From contig NZ_CP017260.1 of the NCBI RefSeq assembly GCF_001735745.1, positions 1,470,001-1,502,000 of the forward strand: a stretch of DNA of 32,000 nt, given 5' to 3'. Source of the DNA: Formosa sp. Hel1_33_131. GTDB taxonomy: Bacteria; Bacteroidota; Bacteroidia; Flavobacteriales; Flavobacteriaceae. Position numbers and translations under genes: made by a program. Numbering within the stretch: the stretch's first letter is position 1; the number at the start of each line of letters is the position of its first letter. Positions 9,161 to 17,564 of the stretch are shown here, piece by piece. The notes below the pieces were generated by a model. The model ran no database searches and was not told where the DNA came from. It saw nothing but the letters and a program-made list of their open reading frames with translations.

Positions 9161-12100
9161 ATGCTAAATAAAAGCATCAAATTTTTAATAGAAAACAAAC
9201 TCGTAGCAGTTTTAATGCTCGTTCTTTTTATCGGATGGGGAACCGTCAATGCACCGTTTAATTGGGATTTAGAGTTTTTACCAAGAAACCCCGTTGCTGT
9301 GGATGCCATTCCAGATATTGGCGAAAATCAACAAATCGTATTTACAAAATGGGAAGGCCGTTCGCCTCAAGATATAGAGGATCAAATTACCTATCCATTA
9401 ACGACTTCTCTTTTAGGAATTCCGGGGGTTAAAACCATTCGAAGCTCCTCCATGTTTGGCTTTTCCAGTATCTATGTCATTTTTGAAGAAGATATTGAAT
9501 TTTATTGGAGTCGGAGTCGCATTCTCGAAAAACTAAACTCTCTCCCAAATGGATTGCTTCCTAAAGATGTGAATCCAGCTTTGGGTCCTGATGCGACGGG
9601 CTTGGGACAAATTTTTTGGTACACCCTTGAGGGTCGTGACGAAAACGGGAACGTCACAGGTGGTTGGGATTTACAAGAATTGCGAAGCATTCAAGACTAT
9701 TATGTAAAATATGCGTTATCCTCAGCGAGTGGCGTTTCTGAAGTGGCTTCCATTGGTGGCTACGTTCAAGAATATCAAGTGGATGTGGATCCAGAGTTGA
9801 TGCGTCAATATAAAATTGGCTTGCATCATGTTGTAAAAGCGATTAAAGAAAGCAATACAGACATTGGTGCGCAGACTTTAGAAATTAACAAAGTGGAGTA
9901 TTTAGTGCGTGGATTGGGTTATGTAAAATCCATTTCAGATATAGAAAACGCAGTCGTCACTTCTGAGGATTTTACGTCCATCAAAATTAAAGACATTGGC
10001 AACGTATCCTTAGGTCCTGCAACACGAAGAGGGGTATTGGACAAAGAAGGTGCGGAAGTTGTCGGTGCCGTGGTGGTTGCCAGATTCGGAGCCAATCCGA
10101 TGGAAGTAATCAATAATGTAAAGGATAAAATTAACGAACTCAGTGCCGGTTTGCCTTCAAAAGTATTGAAGGATGGACGTACGTCACAAGTCACGATTAT
10201 TCCTTTTTATGACCGAACAGAGTTAATTCAAGAAACCTTAGGAACCCTTAATGAAGCCTTATTATTGGAGATTTTAATTACCATTTTGGTCATTATTATT
10301 ATGGTCTTCAATTTGCGTGCTTCGGTCCTTATTTCAGGCTTGTTACCTGTTGCGGTTCTAATGGTATTTATCGCCATGAAAATTTTTGGAGTGGATGCGA
10401 ATATTGTAGCCCTTTCAGGAATCGCTATCGCCATTGGAACCATGGTGGATGTCGGCGTGATTCTTTCCGAAAATATTATTAGGCATTTGGATGAAAGTGA
10501 GAAGTTGGGAGTGGAAAGTGAGAGGTTAACGATAAATGAGGTGGTTTACAATGCGACTACAGAAGTCTCTGGTGCGATTGTAACAGCAGTGATGACCACT
10601 ATTATCAGTTTTATTCCTGTGTTTACAATGATGGGTGCCGAAGGAAAATTATTCAGACCCCTGGCTTTTACAAAAACCTTTGCCTTAACAGCTTCTATTA
10701 TCGTTGCGTTGTTTATAATCCCCCCGTTTGCAGCCTATTTATTTAGAAAGCAAAGGATCAAAAAAGGCTTGAGTTTTGTAATTAATACCGTTCTCATTCT
10801 GTTAGGAATAACAGCACTAATTTATGGGTATTGGCTCGGGTTTATTCTTATAGCTTTTGGAATTACAGGTATTGTAAAGAACTATTATAATGATGGGAAG
10901 ATTCACTTTCAATTTTTCACTTTCAGTTTTTCACTTCTTAATATCATCATTTCTGCGTTAGCAATCATCGCTCTTTTAGCAACCTATTGGCGTCCCTTAG
11001 GAGTCGATAAAAGTCTCTTTTTGAATCTCATTTTTGTGAGTGTTATTTGCTTTGGATTGTTAGGTATTTTCTCAGTATTCAAAAAATATTACACTCGAAT
11101 TTTAGGCTGGTGTTTAGAGCACAAAGCATTGTTTTTATCCATTCCTACATTCATTGTCATCGCAGGATTTTTTATCATGAAAAACACGGGTAAAGAATTT
11201 ATGCCCTCCTTAAATGAAGGTTCTTTTCTATTAATGCCTACCTCAATGCCACACTCTGGAGTGGAAGAAAACAAACGGGTTTTACAGCAATTAGACATGG
11301 CGGTCGCCAGTATTCCAGAAATAAAAACAGTTGTTGGAAAAGCGGGTCGCACCGAATCTGCTTTAGACCCAGCACCTTTGTCAATGTATGAAAATATCAT
11401 TCAATATAAATCAGAATATATGCTGAATGAACACGGCAAGCGTCAACGGTATAAGGTGAATGATAATGGGAGTTATCTATTAAAAAATGGAATGTCATTG
11501 CAAGCAGACCAGCGTGAAGAGTGGCTATCTATAAATGCAGAAGAACAACTTATTCCAGACAAGGATGGGGAGTTTTACCGCAATTGGCGTCCCGAGATTA
11601 ACTCCCCAGATGATATTTGGAATGAAATTATAAAAGTCACCAAACTACCTGGAGTTACTTCAGCTCCTAAATTACAACCTATTGAAACCCGATTGGTAAT
11701 GCTACAAACAGGCATGAGAGCACCCATGGGTATTAAAGTAAAAGGGCAAAGTTTGAAAGAAATTGAAGCTTTTGGGTTGCAATTAGAAGCCCTCTTAAAA
11801 CAAGTAGAAGGCGTTAAGAAACAAGCTGTTTATGCAGATCGAATTGTGGGCAAACCCTATTTGCTTATAGATATAGACAGGGAGAAAATTGCACGCTATG
11901 GAATTTCAATTCAACAGGTACAAAATGTACTTAAAGTTGCTGTGGGTGGCATGGTACTTACCCAAACCGTTGAAGGGCGGGAACGCTATGGTATTCGGGT
12001 GCGTTACCCAAGAGAATTACGCGCAAACCCCGCCGATTTGAAGCAAATATACATTCCCGTAAAAAAAGGAAATCCAGTGCCTTTAAGTGAATTAGCGACT

Positions 12101-12919
12101 ATTCGGTATGAACAAGGACCACAGGTCATCAAAAGTGAAGACACTTTTTTAGTAGGCTATGTGTTATTTGATAAGTTAGATGGATTTGCTGAGGTGAATG
12201 TGGTTGAAAATGCGCAAGCACTCATCCAGCAAAAGATTGATTCTGGTGCGTTGATTGTTCCGAAAGGAATCAATTATCAATTCACGGGGACTTATGAAAA
12301 TCAGCTGCGAGCGGAAAAAACCTTATCCGTCGTTGTGCCCTTAGCCCTGCTTGTTATTTTCTTGATTTTATATTTTCAGTTTCGTTCGGTAGCGACATCC
12401 CTCATGGTGTTTTCAGGAATTGCGGTTGCATTTGCAGGTGGTTTTATCATGATTTGGCTGTATGGTCAAGACTGGTTTTTAAACGTCAATGTCTTTGGTG
12501 AAAACCTTCGCGATTTATTCCAGATGCATTCTATTAATTTGAGTGTCGCAGTTTGGGTCGGATTTATAGCACTTTTCGGAATTGCGACTGATGACGGCGT
12601 TGTGATGGCAACTTATCTAACACAAACATTTGATAAAAACAAACCTGAAAATAAAAAGGAAATTCGAGCGGCAATTGTAGAAGCTGGAGAAAAACGAATC
12701 AGACCCTGTTTAATGACAACCGCTACCACCATTTTAGCATTGTTACCCATTTTAACATCCACAGGTCGAGGAAGTGATATAATGATTCCAATGGCAATCC
12801 CAAGCTTTGGAGGCATGCTTATTGCGTTAATCACATTGTTTGTGGTTCCAGTGTTGTATAGTTGGAAGCAGGAATTGAAAGTGAGAAGTTTAAAGTGGAA
12901 AGTGAGAAGTGAGAAGTGA
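9161..12919 (+). CDS. CusA/CzcA family heavy-metal efflux RND permease (oversized, 1252 aa)
   Basis: RND hallmarks match CusA: IPFYDRTELI, GIAIAIGTMVDVGV, FIPVFTMMGAEGKLFRPLAFTKTF, EFMPSLNEGSFLLMP, GIATDDGVVM. The C-terminal 14 aa (LKVRSLKWKVRSEK) are encoded by the heptamer repeat tract. Confidence 0.93.
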   Translation: MLNKSIKFLIENKLVAVLMLVLFIGWGTVNAPFNWDLEFLPRNPVAVDAIPDIGENQQIVFTKWEGRSPQDIEDQITYPLTTSLLGIPGVKTIRSSSMFGFSSIYVIFEEDIEFYWSRSRILEKLNSLPNGLLPKDVNPALGPDATGLGQIFWYTLEGRDENGNVTGGWDLQELRSIQDYYVKYALSSASGVSEVASIGGYVQEYQVDVDPELMRQYKIGLHHVVKAIKESNTDIGAQTLEINKVEYLVRGLGYVKSISDIENAVVTSEDFTSIKIKDIGNVSLGPATRRGVLDKEGAEVVGAVVVARFGANPMEVINNVKDKINELSAGLPSKVLKDGRTSQVTIIPFYDRTELIQETLGTLNEALLLEILITILVIIIMVFNLRASVLISGLLPVAVLMVFIAMKIFGVDANIVALSGIAIAIGTMVDVGVILSENIIRHLDESEKLGVESERLTINEVVYNATTEVSGAIVTAVMTTIISFIPVFTMMGAEGKLFRPLAFTKTFALTASIIVALFIIPPFAAYLFRKQRIKKGLSFVINTVLILLGITALIYGYWLGFILIAFGITGIVKNYYNDGKIHFQFFTFSFSLLNIIISALAIIALLATYWRPLGVDKSLFLNLIFVSVICFGLLGIFSVFKKYYTRILGWCLEHKALFLSIPTFIVIAGFFIMKNTGKEFMPSLNEGSFLLMPTSMPHSGVEENKRVLQQLDMAVASIPEIKTVVGKAGRTESALDPAPLSMYENIIQYKSEYMLNEHGKRQRYKVNDNGSYLLKNGMSLQADQREEWLSINAEEQLIPDKDGEFYRNWRPEINSPDDIWNEIIKVTKLPGVTSAPKLQPIETRLVMLQTGMRAPMGIKVKGQSLKEIEAFGLQLEALLKQVEGVKKQAVYADRIVGKPYLLIDIDREKIARYGISIQQVQNVLKVAVGGMVLTQTVEGRERYGIRVRYPRELRANPADLKQIYIPVKKGNPVPLSELATIRYEQGPQVIKSEDTFLVGYVLFDKLDGFAEVNVVENAQALIQQKIDSGALIVPKGINYQFTGTYENQLRAEKTLSVVVPLALLVIFLILYFQFRSVATSLMVFSGIAVAFAGGFIMIWLYGQDWFLNVNVFGENLRDLFQMHSINLSVAVWVGFIALFGIATDDGVVMATYLTQTFDKNKPENKKEIRAAIVEAGEKRIRPCLMTTATTILALLPILTSTGRGSDIMIPMAIPSFGGMLIALITLFVVPVLYSWKQELKVRSLKWKVRSEK

Positions 12920-12966
12920 GAAGTTTAAAGTGAAAAACTAAAAGTGGAAAACTAAAAGTGGAAAGT
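12874..12966 (+). repeat. Degenerate heptamer tract A (GTGAGAA/GTTTAAA/GTGGAAA/GTGAAAA), purine-rich strand up
   Basis: About 13 consecutive 7-nt units spanning the czcA 3' end, its stop codon and the gap up to the four-helix-bundle ATG. Confidence 0.85.
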
Positions 12967-12967
12967 T

Positions 12968-13321
12968 ATGGGTAAGAGTATTTTAAAAGATAAAAGTTAT
13001 GCGTTTGCAATTATGGTCGTAAAGCTGTCTCAACGATTAGTTTCTGATAAAAAAGAATACGTTTTAAGTAAACAACTTTTAAGAAGCGGCACTGCTATTG
13101 GAGCTCTTATCCGTGAAGCAGAATTTGCTCAAAGTAAAATGGATTTTATTCATAAAATGAGTATTTCTCTTAAAGAAGCCAATGAATCATTGTATTGGTT
13201 GGATTTACTAAAAGATACCGATTATATCAATGAAAATGAGCATCAGATTCATTTAGGTTTAAATAAAGAATTAGTGGCAATGCTTGTAAGTTCAATTAAA
13301 ACCACAAAATCAAGAATGTAG
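12968..13321 (+). CDS. Four-helix-bundle protein (23S rRNA intervening-sequence protein family, PF05635/TIGR02436-like)
   Basis: 117 aa with family-typical KSYAFAIMVVKL.., LLRSGTAIGALIREAEFAQSK.DFIHKMSISLKEANESLYWLDLL. Confidence 0.85.
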   Translation: MGKSILKDKSYAFAIMVVKLSQRLVSDKKEYVLSKQLLRSGTAIGALIREAEFAQSKMDFIHKMSISLKEANESLYWLDLLKDTDYINENEHQIHLGLNKELVAMLVSSIKTTKSRM

Positions 13322-13322
13322 T

Positions 13323-14729
13323 ATGAAACAGTTGAAAGTTAAAAGTGAAAAGTTGAAAGTTAAAAGTGGGAAACTAAAAGTGGAAAGTGAAAAACTAGAA
13401 ATGATAAGTGGAAAGCTAAAAGTGAATAGTGAAACGCTAAAAGGGCAAACTAAGGAGTTAGAAAGAACGAAAAAACAATCCGTTTTTCACTTTTCATTTT
13501 TCATTTTTCATTTAAAAGGAGCTCTGATTTTTATTTTTTCACTTTTAACTTTTCACTCAGTAAGCGGCCAGCAATTACAAACATTCATTGAAGAAGGATT
13601 AGCAAACAACCCGAAAATTCAAATCTTTGAATTTAGATATCAAGTTGCAAAAGAAAAAGTAAACGAGGTAAACACCCTACCAAACACGCAAATAGGGGTT
13701 GGATATTTTGTGAGTGAACCCGAAACTCGTACAGGAGCGCAACGCTTTAAGGTTTCTGCGAAACAAATGTTACCTTCATTTGGTTCAATCACCGCAAGAG
13801 AAAACTATGTAGCTTCTTTGGCAGATGCTGTTTATGAAGATGTTGTTATTGTAAAAAGAAAATTGGTAGCATCCATATCGCAATCTTACTATAATTTATA
13901 TGCGTTAAAAGCGAAACAAATTATTTTAGTTGAAAATAGAAGCCTACTAAAAACTTATGAAGAATTGGCATTAACGTCTGTTGAGGTTGGAAAAGCATCC
14001 GCAGTAGATGTTTTGCGATTACAAATGCGGCAAAATGAATTACAGCAATTAGAACAAGTTTTAGAACAAGATTATTTAGCAGAACAAACGGCCCTAAACA
14101 AGTTATTAAATCGAGATAGCTATATTGAGATATCTATGGATAGTGAATTAACAATACCTCTTGAAAACATTCAAATCAATTCAGAGAACTTAGCATTACA
14201 CCCTGAATTATTGAAATACGAAAAGCTCTACGAATCCGTTGAAAAATCCGAATTATTAAATCAAAAAGAAGGCAATCCAATGTTTGGATTTGGATTGGAT
14301 TATATCGCAGTTTCAGAACGACCAAATGTAAATTTTAACGATAACGGAAAAGATATTGTAATGCCAATGGTTCGTATTTCAATTCCGATTTTCAATACTA
14401 AATACAAATCAAAAACTAAACAAAACGAGTTACATCAAAAAGAGATAAATTTTCAAAAGCAAGATAAACGAAACCGATTAGAAACCTTATTGGACAAGGC
14501 TGTAAAAAAGCGTACTTCCGCAAGAATAAGTTACGACACGCAAACAAAGAACTTAAAACAGGCAAAGGATGCTGAAACCATTTTAGTAAAAAGCTATGAA
14601 ACAGGAACCATAGATTTTAACGACGTTCTCGATATTCAAGAGTTGCAATTAAAGTTTCAAATGAATCAGGTAGAATCGATTAAAACATATTATTTACAAA
14701 CAACAATTATTAACTATTTAACAAATTAA
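13323..14729 (+). CDS. TolC/CzcC-like outer membrane efflux factor (start codon uncertain: 13323 or 13401)
   Basis: The mature region has OMF repeats: LEEGLANNPKIQ.., YYNLYALKAKQ.., ETGTIDFNDVLDIQ... The first ~80 codons are repeat-encoded (KVKSEKLKVKSGKL.., then FHFSFFIFHLKGALIFIFSLLTFHSVSG). Confidence 0.85.
   Translation: MKQLKVKSEKLKVKSGKLKVESEKLEMISGKLKVNSETLKGQTKELERTKKQSVFHFSFFIFHLKGALIFIFSLLTFHSVSGQQLQTFIEEGLANNPKIQIFEFRYQVAKEKVNEVNTLPNTQIGVGYFVSEPETRTGAQRFKVSAKQMLPSFGSITARENYVASLADAVYEDVVIVKRKLVASISQSYYNLYALKAKQIILVENRSLLKTYEELALTSVEVGKASAVDVLRLQMRQNELQQLEQVLEQDYLAEQTALNKLLNRDSYIEISMDSELTIPLENIQINSENLALHPELLKYEKLYESVEKSELLNQKEGNPMFGFGLDYIAVSERPNVNFNDNGKDIVMPMVRISIPIFNTKYKSKTKQNELHQKEINFQKQDKRNRLETLLDKAVKKRTSARISYDTQTKNLKQAKDAETILVKSYETGTIDFNDVLDIQELQLKFQMNQVESIKTYYLQTTIINYLTN
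13331..13443 (+). repeat. Degenerate heptamer tract B (same family and orientation as tract A)
   Basis: Sequence: gttgaaa gttaaaa gtgaaaa gttgaaa gttaaaa gtgggaa.. It begins 10 nt after the four-helix-bundle stop and lies inside the annotated 5' end of the TolC-like ORF. Confidence 0.85.
13482..13558 (-). repeat. Heptamer tract C, inverted orientation (TTTTCAC/TTTTCAT units)
   Basis: Contains gtttttcacttttcatttttcatttttcattt and gatttttattttttcacttttaacttttcactc. The 12-mer gtttttcacttt (13482-13493) is the exact complement of aaagtgaaaaac in tract A (12927-12938) and tract B (13384-13395). Confidence 0.8.
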
Positions 14730-14742
14730 AATTTAATTAAAA

Positions 14743-14994
14743 ATGAAAACAGTAAAAACAATTTTAGGAGTTTTAGTATTAGGATTAATGCTAACAACAG
14801 CATCGTGTAAAGAGGCTAAAAAAGAGGGTACGACTACAAAAACAGAACAATCGAAAAAGAAAGAGCAAGACTCAGCTTATGTATGTCCAATGCACTGTAA
14901 AGGAAGTGGTAGTGATAAAGCAGGAAAATGTCCAACTTGCAATATGGATTATGTAAAAAATGAAGACCATAAGGCAAACGGTCATAAGCATTAA
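14743..14994 (+). CDS. Small lipoprotein with a single heavy-metal-binding domain (HMBD, CPxH..CPxC type) and a His-rich tail
   Basis: Signal peptide plus lipobox (LMLTTASC), YVCPMHCKGSGSDKAGKCPTCNMDYV, and C-terminal HKANGHKH. Confidence 0.75.
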   Translation: MKTVKTILGVLVLGLMLTTASCKEAKKEGTTTKTEQSKKKEQDSAYVCPMHCKGSGSDKAGKCPTCNMDYVKNEDHKANGHKH

Positions 14995-15071
14995 TTAACA
15001 CAGAATGTGGCAACACTTATACTGCTTTGAGTATATGTAGTTAACGATCTTTTGAATTTTAAAATATAAAA

Positions 15072-17561
15072 ATGAAACATACCTATCACATAGACGGAAT
15101 GACCTGTAACGGTTGCCGCAGTCACGTTGAAGAAACGCTTTCAAAAGTAAAAGGCATTTCTAAAGCATCGGTTGATTTAGAAAAGGCAGAGGCAACTATT
15201 GAAATGGAATCACACATTCCTATCGAACAGTTTCAACACGCCTTAAAAAATGATGGTGGTCGCTATAGCATTCATAATTTAGGAGAACATCTTCATATCA
15301 ATAAAAAAGAAGAAAAACCAAAAGGTAAAGGAACGGGTATTTTTTATTGTCCAATGCATTGCGAAGGGGATAAAACCTATGACAAAGCAGGCGATTGTCC
15401 TGTCTGCGGGATGGATTTGGTTGAAGAAAGAAGTTTAATTGCTACAAACACACAATTTACCTGTCCGATGCATCCTGAAATTATAACGGATGAAGCAGGG
15501 TCGTGCCCTATTTGCGGTATGGATTTAGTACCCCTCGAAGCAGATCTTTCAGAAGAAGATAAAACCTATAAAAAATTATTAAAGAAGTTTTGGATTGCAG
15601 TTGCCTTTACGATTCCCATATTTCTAATAGCAATGTCTGAAATGATCAGCAATAATCCATTGTATAATATTTTAGAACAAAAAAATTGGAATTGGATTCA
15701 ATTTTTATTGTCAGTTCCTGTTGTATTCTACGCCACTTGGATGTTCTTCAAACGTGCTTGGACATCTATAAAAACGATGCATCTAAATATGTTTACACTT
15801 GTTGGCATTGGCTCTGGCATCGCTTGGGTGTTTAGCGTATTTGCCATGCTATTTCCAGAGGTATTTCCAGCAGATTTTAAAACTTCTGATGGCAACGTAT
15901 TTGTATATTTTGAAGCAGCAACCGTCATTCTCACATTAGTATTATTAGGACAGTTATTAGAAGCAAAAGCGCATAGTCAAACAAGTGGAGCAATAAAAGA
16001 ATTACTAAAATTAGTCCCATCAACAGCACTATTAGTTGTGGAGGGAATAGACCAAATAATTGCTATTGATAAAATCGAACAAGGTAATTTACTGCGTGTA
16101 AAACCTGGCGAAAAAATTCCTGTAGATGGACGTATTGTCGAAGGACATAGTAGCATTGATGAATCAATGATAACAGGCGAACCTATTCCTGTGGATAAAA
16201 ATATTGATGATAAAGTAAGTTCAGGAACGATCAACGGCACAAAGTCCTTTGTTATGAAAGCAGAAAAAGTAGGTTCAGAAACCTTACTTTCTCAAATCAT
16301 TCAAATGGTAAATAATGCAAGTCGTTCTAAAGCACCAATTCAGAAATTAGCCGATAGAATCGCTAAATACTTTGTACCCATTGTATTCCTTGTTTCAGTG
16401 ACTACATTTAGTGTTTGGTCGATTTTTGGTCCAGAACCTGCGTATGTTTTTGCGTTTATAAATGCCATAGCAGTATTGATCATTGCGTGTCCTTGTGCCT
16501 TGGGTTTGGCAACACCAATGTCCGTTATGGTGGGTGTTGGTAGAGGCGCACAATCGGGGGTATTGATAAAAAATGCTGAAGCGTTGGAAAAAATGAATAC
16601 CGTAGATACACTTATTGTAGATAAAACAGGAACGATTACAGAAGGAAAACCCTCTGTTGAAAAAGTGATTTCTATAAATGAAATAGAGGGAAATTTATTA
16701 CTTAAATACATCGCATCTTTAAACCAATACAGTGAGCATCCATTAGCTGAAGCTATTGTAAACTTTGGAAAGACCAAAAACGTCTCACTTTCTAAAGTAG
16801 ATGATTTTGAAGCAGTGGCAGGAAAAGGGGTTATTGGGACGGTAGATAACAAAAAAATAGCCTTGGGTAATGTGAAGCTCTTAGAACAATTCTCTATTTC
16901 AATTTCAGACGATTTAATCAAGAAGGTTGTGACTGAACAGGAACAAGGTAAAACAGTATCCTACATAAGCGTAGAAAATGAAGCCGTTGGGTACGTTACT
17001 ATTTTTGATGCCATTAAAACAACAAGTCAAAATGCTATTTTAGAATTACAAAAAAGTGGTGTTGCGGTGATAATGTTAACGGGCGATAATGAAAATACGG
17101 CAAAAGCAGTCGCAGAACAGTTAAACCTAAAACAGTACAAAGCTGAATGCCTTCCAGAAGATAAACTCAACGAAATAAAAATGCTCCAACAACAAGGTAA
17201 AATTGTTGCAATGGCAGGTGATGGTATTAACGACGCACCTGCATTAGCACAATCTGACGTCGGTATTGCAATGGGTACAGGAACAGATGTTGCCATCGAA
17301 AGTGCATCCATAACATTGGTTAAAGGCGATTTACAGGGCATCGTAAAAGCTAAAAAGTTAAGTCATGCGGTTGTTAAAAATATAAAACAAAATTTGTTTT
17401 TTGCATTTGTTTACAATGTCTTTGGAGTGCCAATTGCTGCAGGTGTTTTGTACCCAGTATTTGGAATACTATTATCGCCAATGATTGCAGCTTTAGCTAT
17501 GAGTTTTAGTTCTGTATCCGTGATTGCAAATGCTTTAAGATTAAGAAATATTAAAATATAA
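15072..17561 (+). CDS. copA: Copper/silver-translocating P1B-type ATPase (CopA-like)
   Basis: N-terminal HMA domain (GMTCNGC) and two HMBD modules ([26 protein letters not shown]; [24 protein letters not shown]). ATPase motifs: TGEP, CPC ([11 protein letters not shown]), [13 protein letters not shown], and YN plus MSFSS in the last TM helices. Confidence 0.93.
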   Translation: MKHTYHIDGMTCNGCRSHVEETLSKVKGISKASVDLEKAEATIEMESHIPIEQFQHALKNDGGRYSIHNLGEHLHINKKEEKPKGKGTGIFYCPMHCEGDKTYDKAGDCPVCGMDLVEERSLIATNTQFTCPMHPEIITDEAGSCPICGMDLVPLEADLSEEDKTYKKLLKKFWIAVAFTIPIFLIAMSEMISNNPLYNILEQKNWNWIQFLLSVPVVFYATWMFFKRAWTSIKTMHLNMFTLVGIGSGIAWVFSVFAMLFPEVFPADFKTSDGNVFVYFEAATVILTLVLLGQLLEAKAHSQTSGAIKELLKLVPSTALLVVEGIDQIIAIDKIEQGNLLRVKPGEKIPVDGRIVEGHSSIDESMITGEPIPVDKNIDDKVSSGTINGTKSFVMKAEKVGSETLLSQIIQMVNNASRSKAPIQKLADRIAKYFVPIVFLVSVTTFSVWSIFGPEPAYVFAFINAIAVLIIACPCALGLATPMSVMVGVGRGAQSGVLIKNAEALEKMNTVDTLIVDKTGTITEGKPSVEKVISINEIEGNLLLKYIASLNQYSEHPLAEAIVNFGKTKNVSLSKVDDFEAVAGKGVIGTVDNKKIALGNVKLLEQFSISISDDLIKKVVTEQEQGKTVSYISVENEAVGYVTIFDAIKTTSQNAILELQKSGVAVIMLTGDNENTAKAVAEQLNLKQYKAECLPEDKLNEIKMLQQQGKIVAMAGDGINDAPALAQSDVGIAMGTGTDVAIESASITLVKGDLQGIVKAKKLSHAVVKNIKQNLFFAFVYNVFGVPIAAGVLYPVFGILLSPMIAALAMSFSSVSVIANALRLRNIKI

Positions 17562-17564
17562 ACA

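Noticed and set aside
12968-13321. Four-helix-bundle protein considered as the Avd accessory protein of a diversity-generating retroelement
   Set aside because: Avd belongs to the same fold family. However, the window contains no reverse transcriptase, no template/variable repeat pair and no target gene with a C-terminal variable region.
12874-13558. Short tandem repeats around the four-helix-bundle gene considered as a CRISPR array
   Set aside because: The units are 7 nt, degenerate and contiguous, with no unique spacers and no cas genes. This is a heptamer microsatellite-like tract, not a CRISPR array.
16340-16921. 193-aa antisense ORF inside copA, and similar antisense ORFs within radA, feoB, czcA, cusB, kbl and tdh
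   Set aside because: All are fully nested opposite strongly supported genes with clear family motifs. They are typical shadow ORFs in AT-rich DNA.
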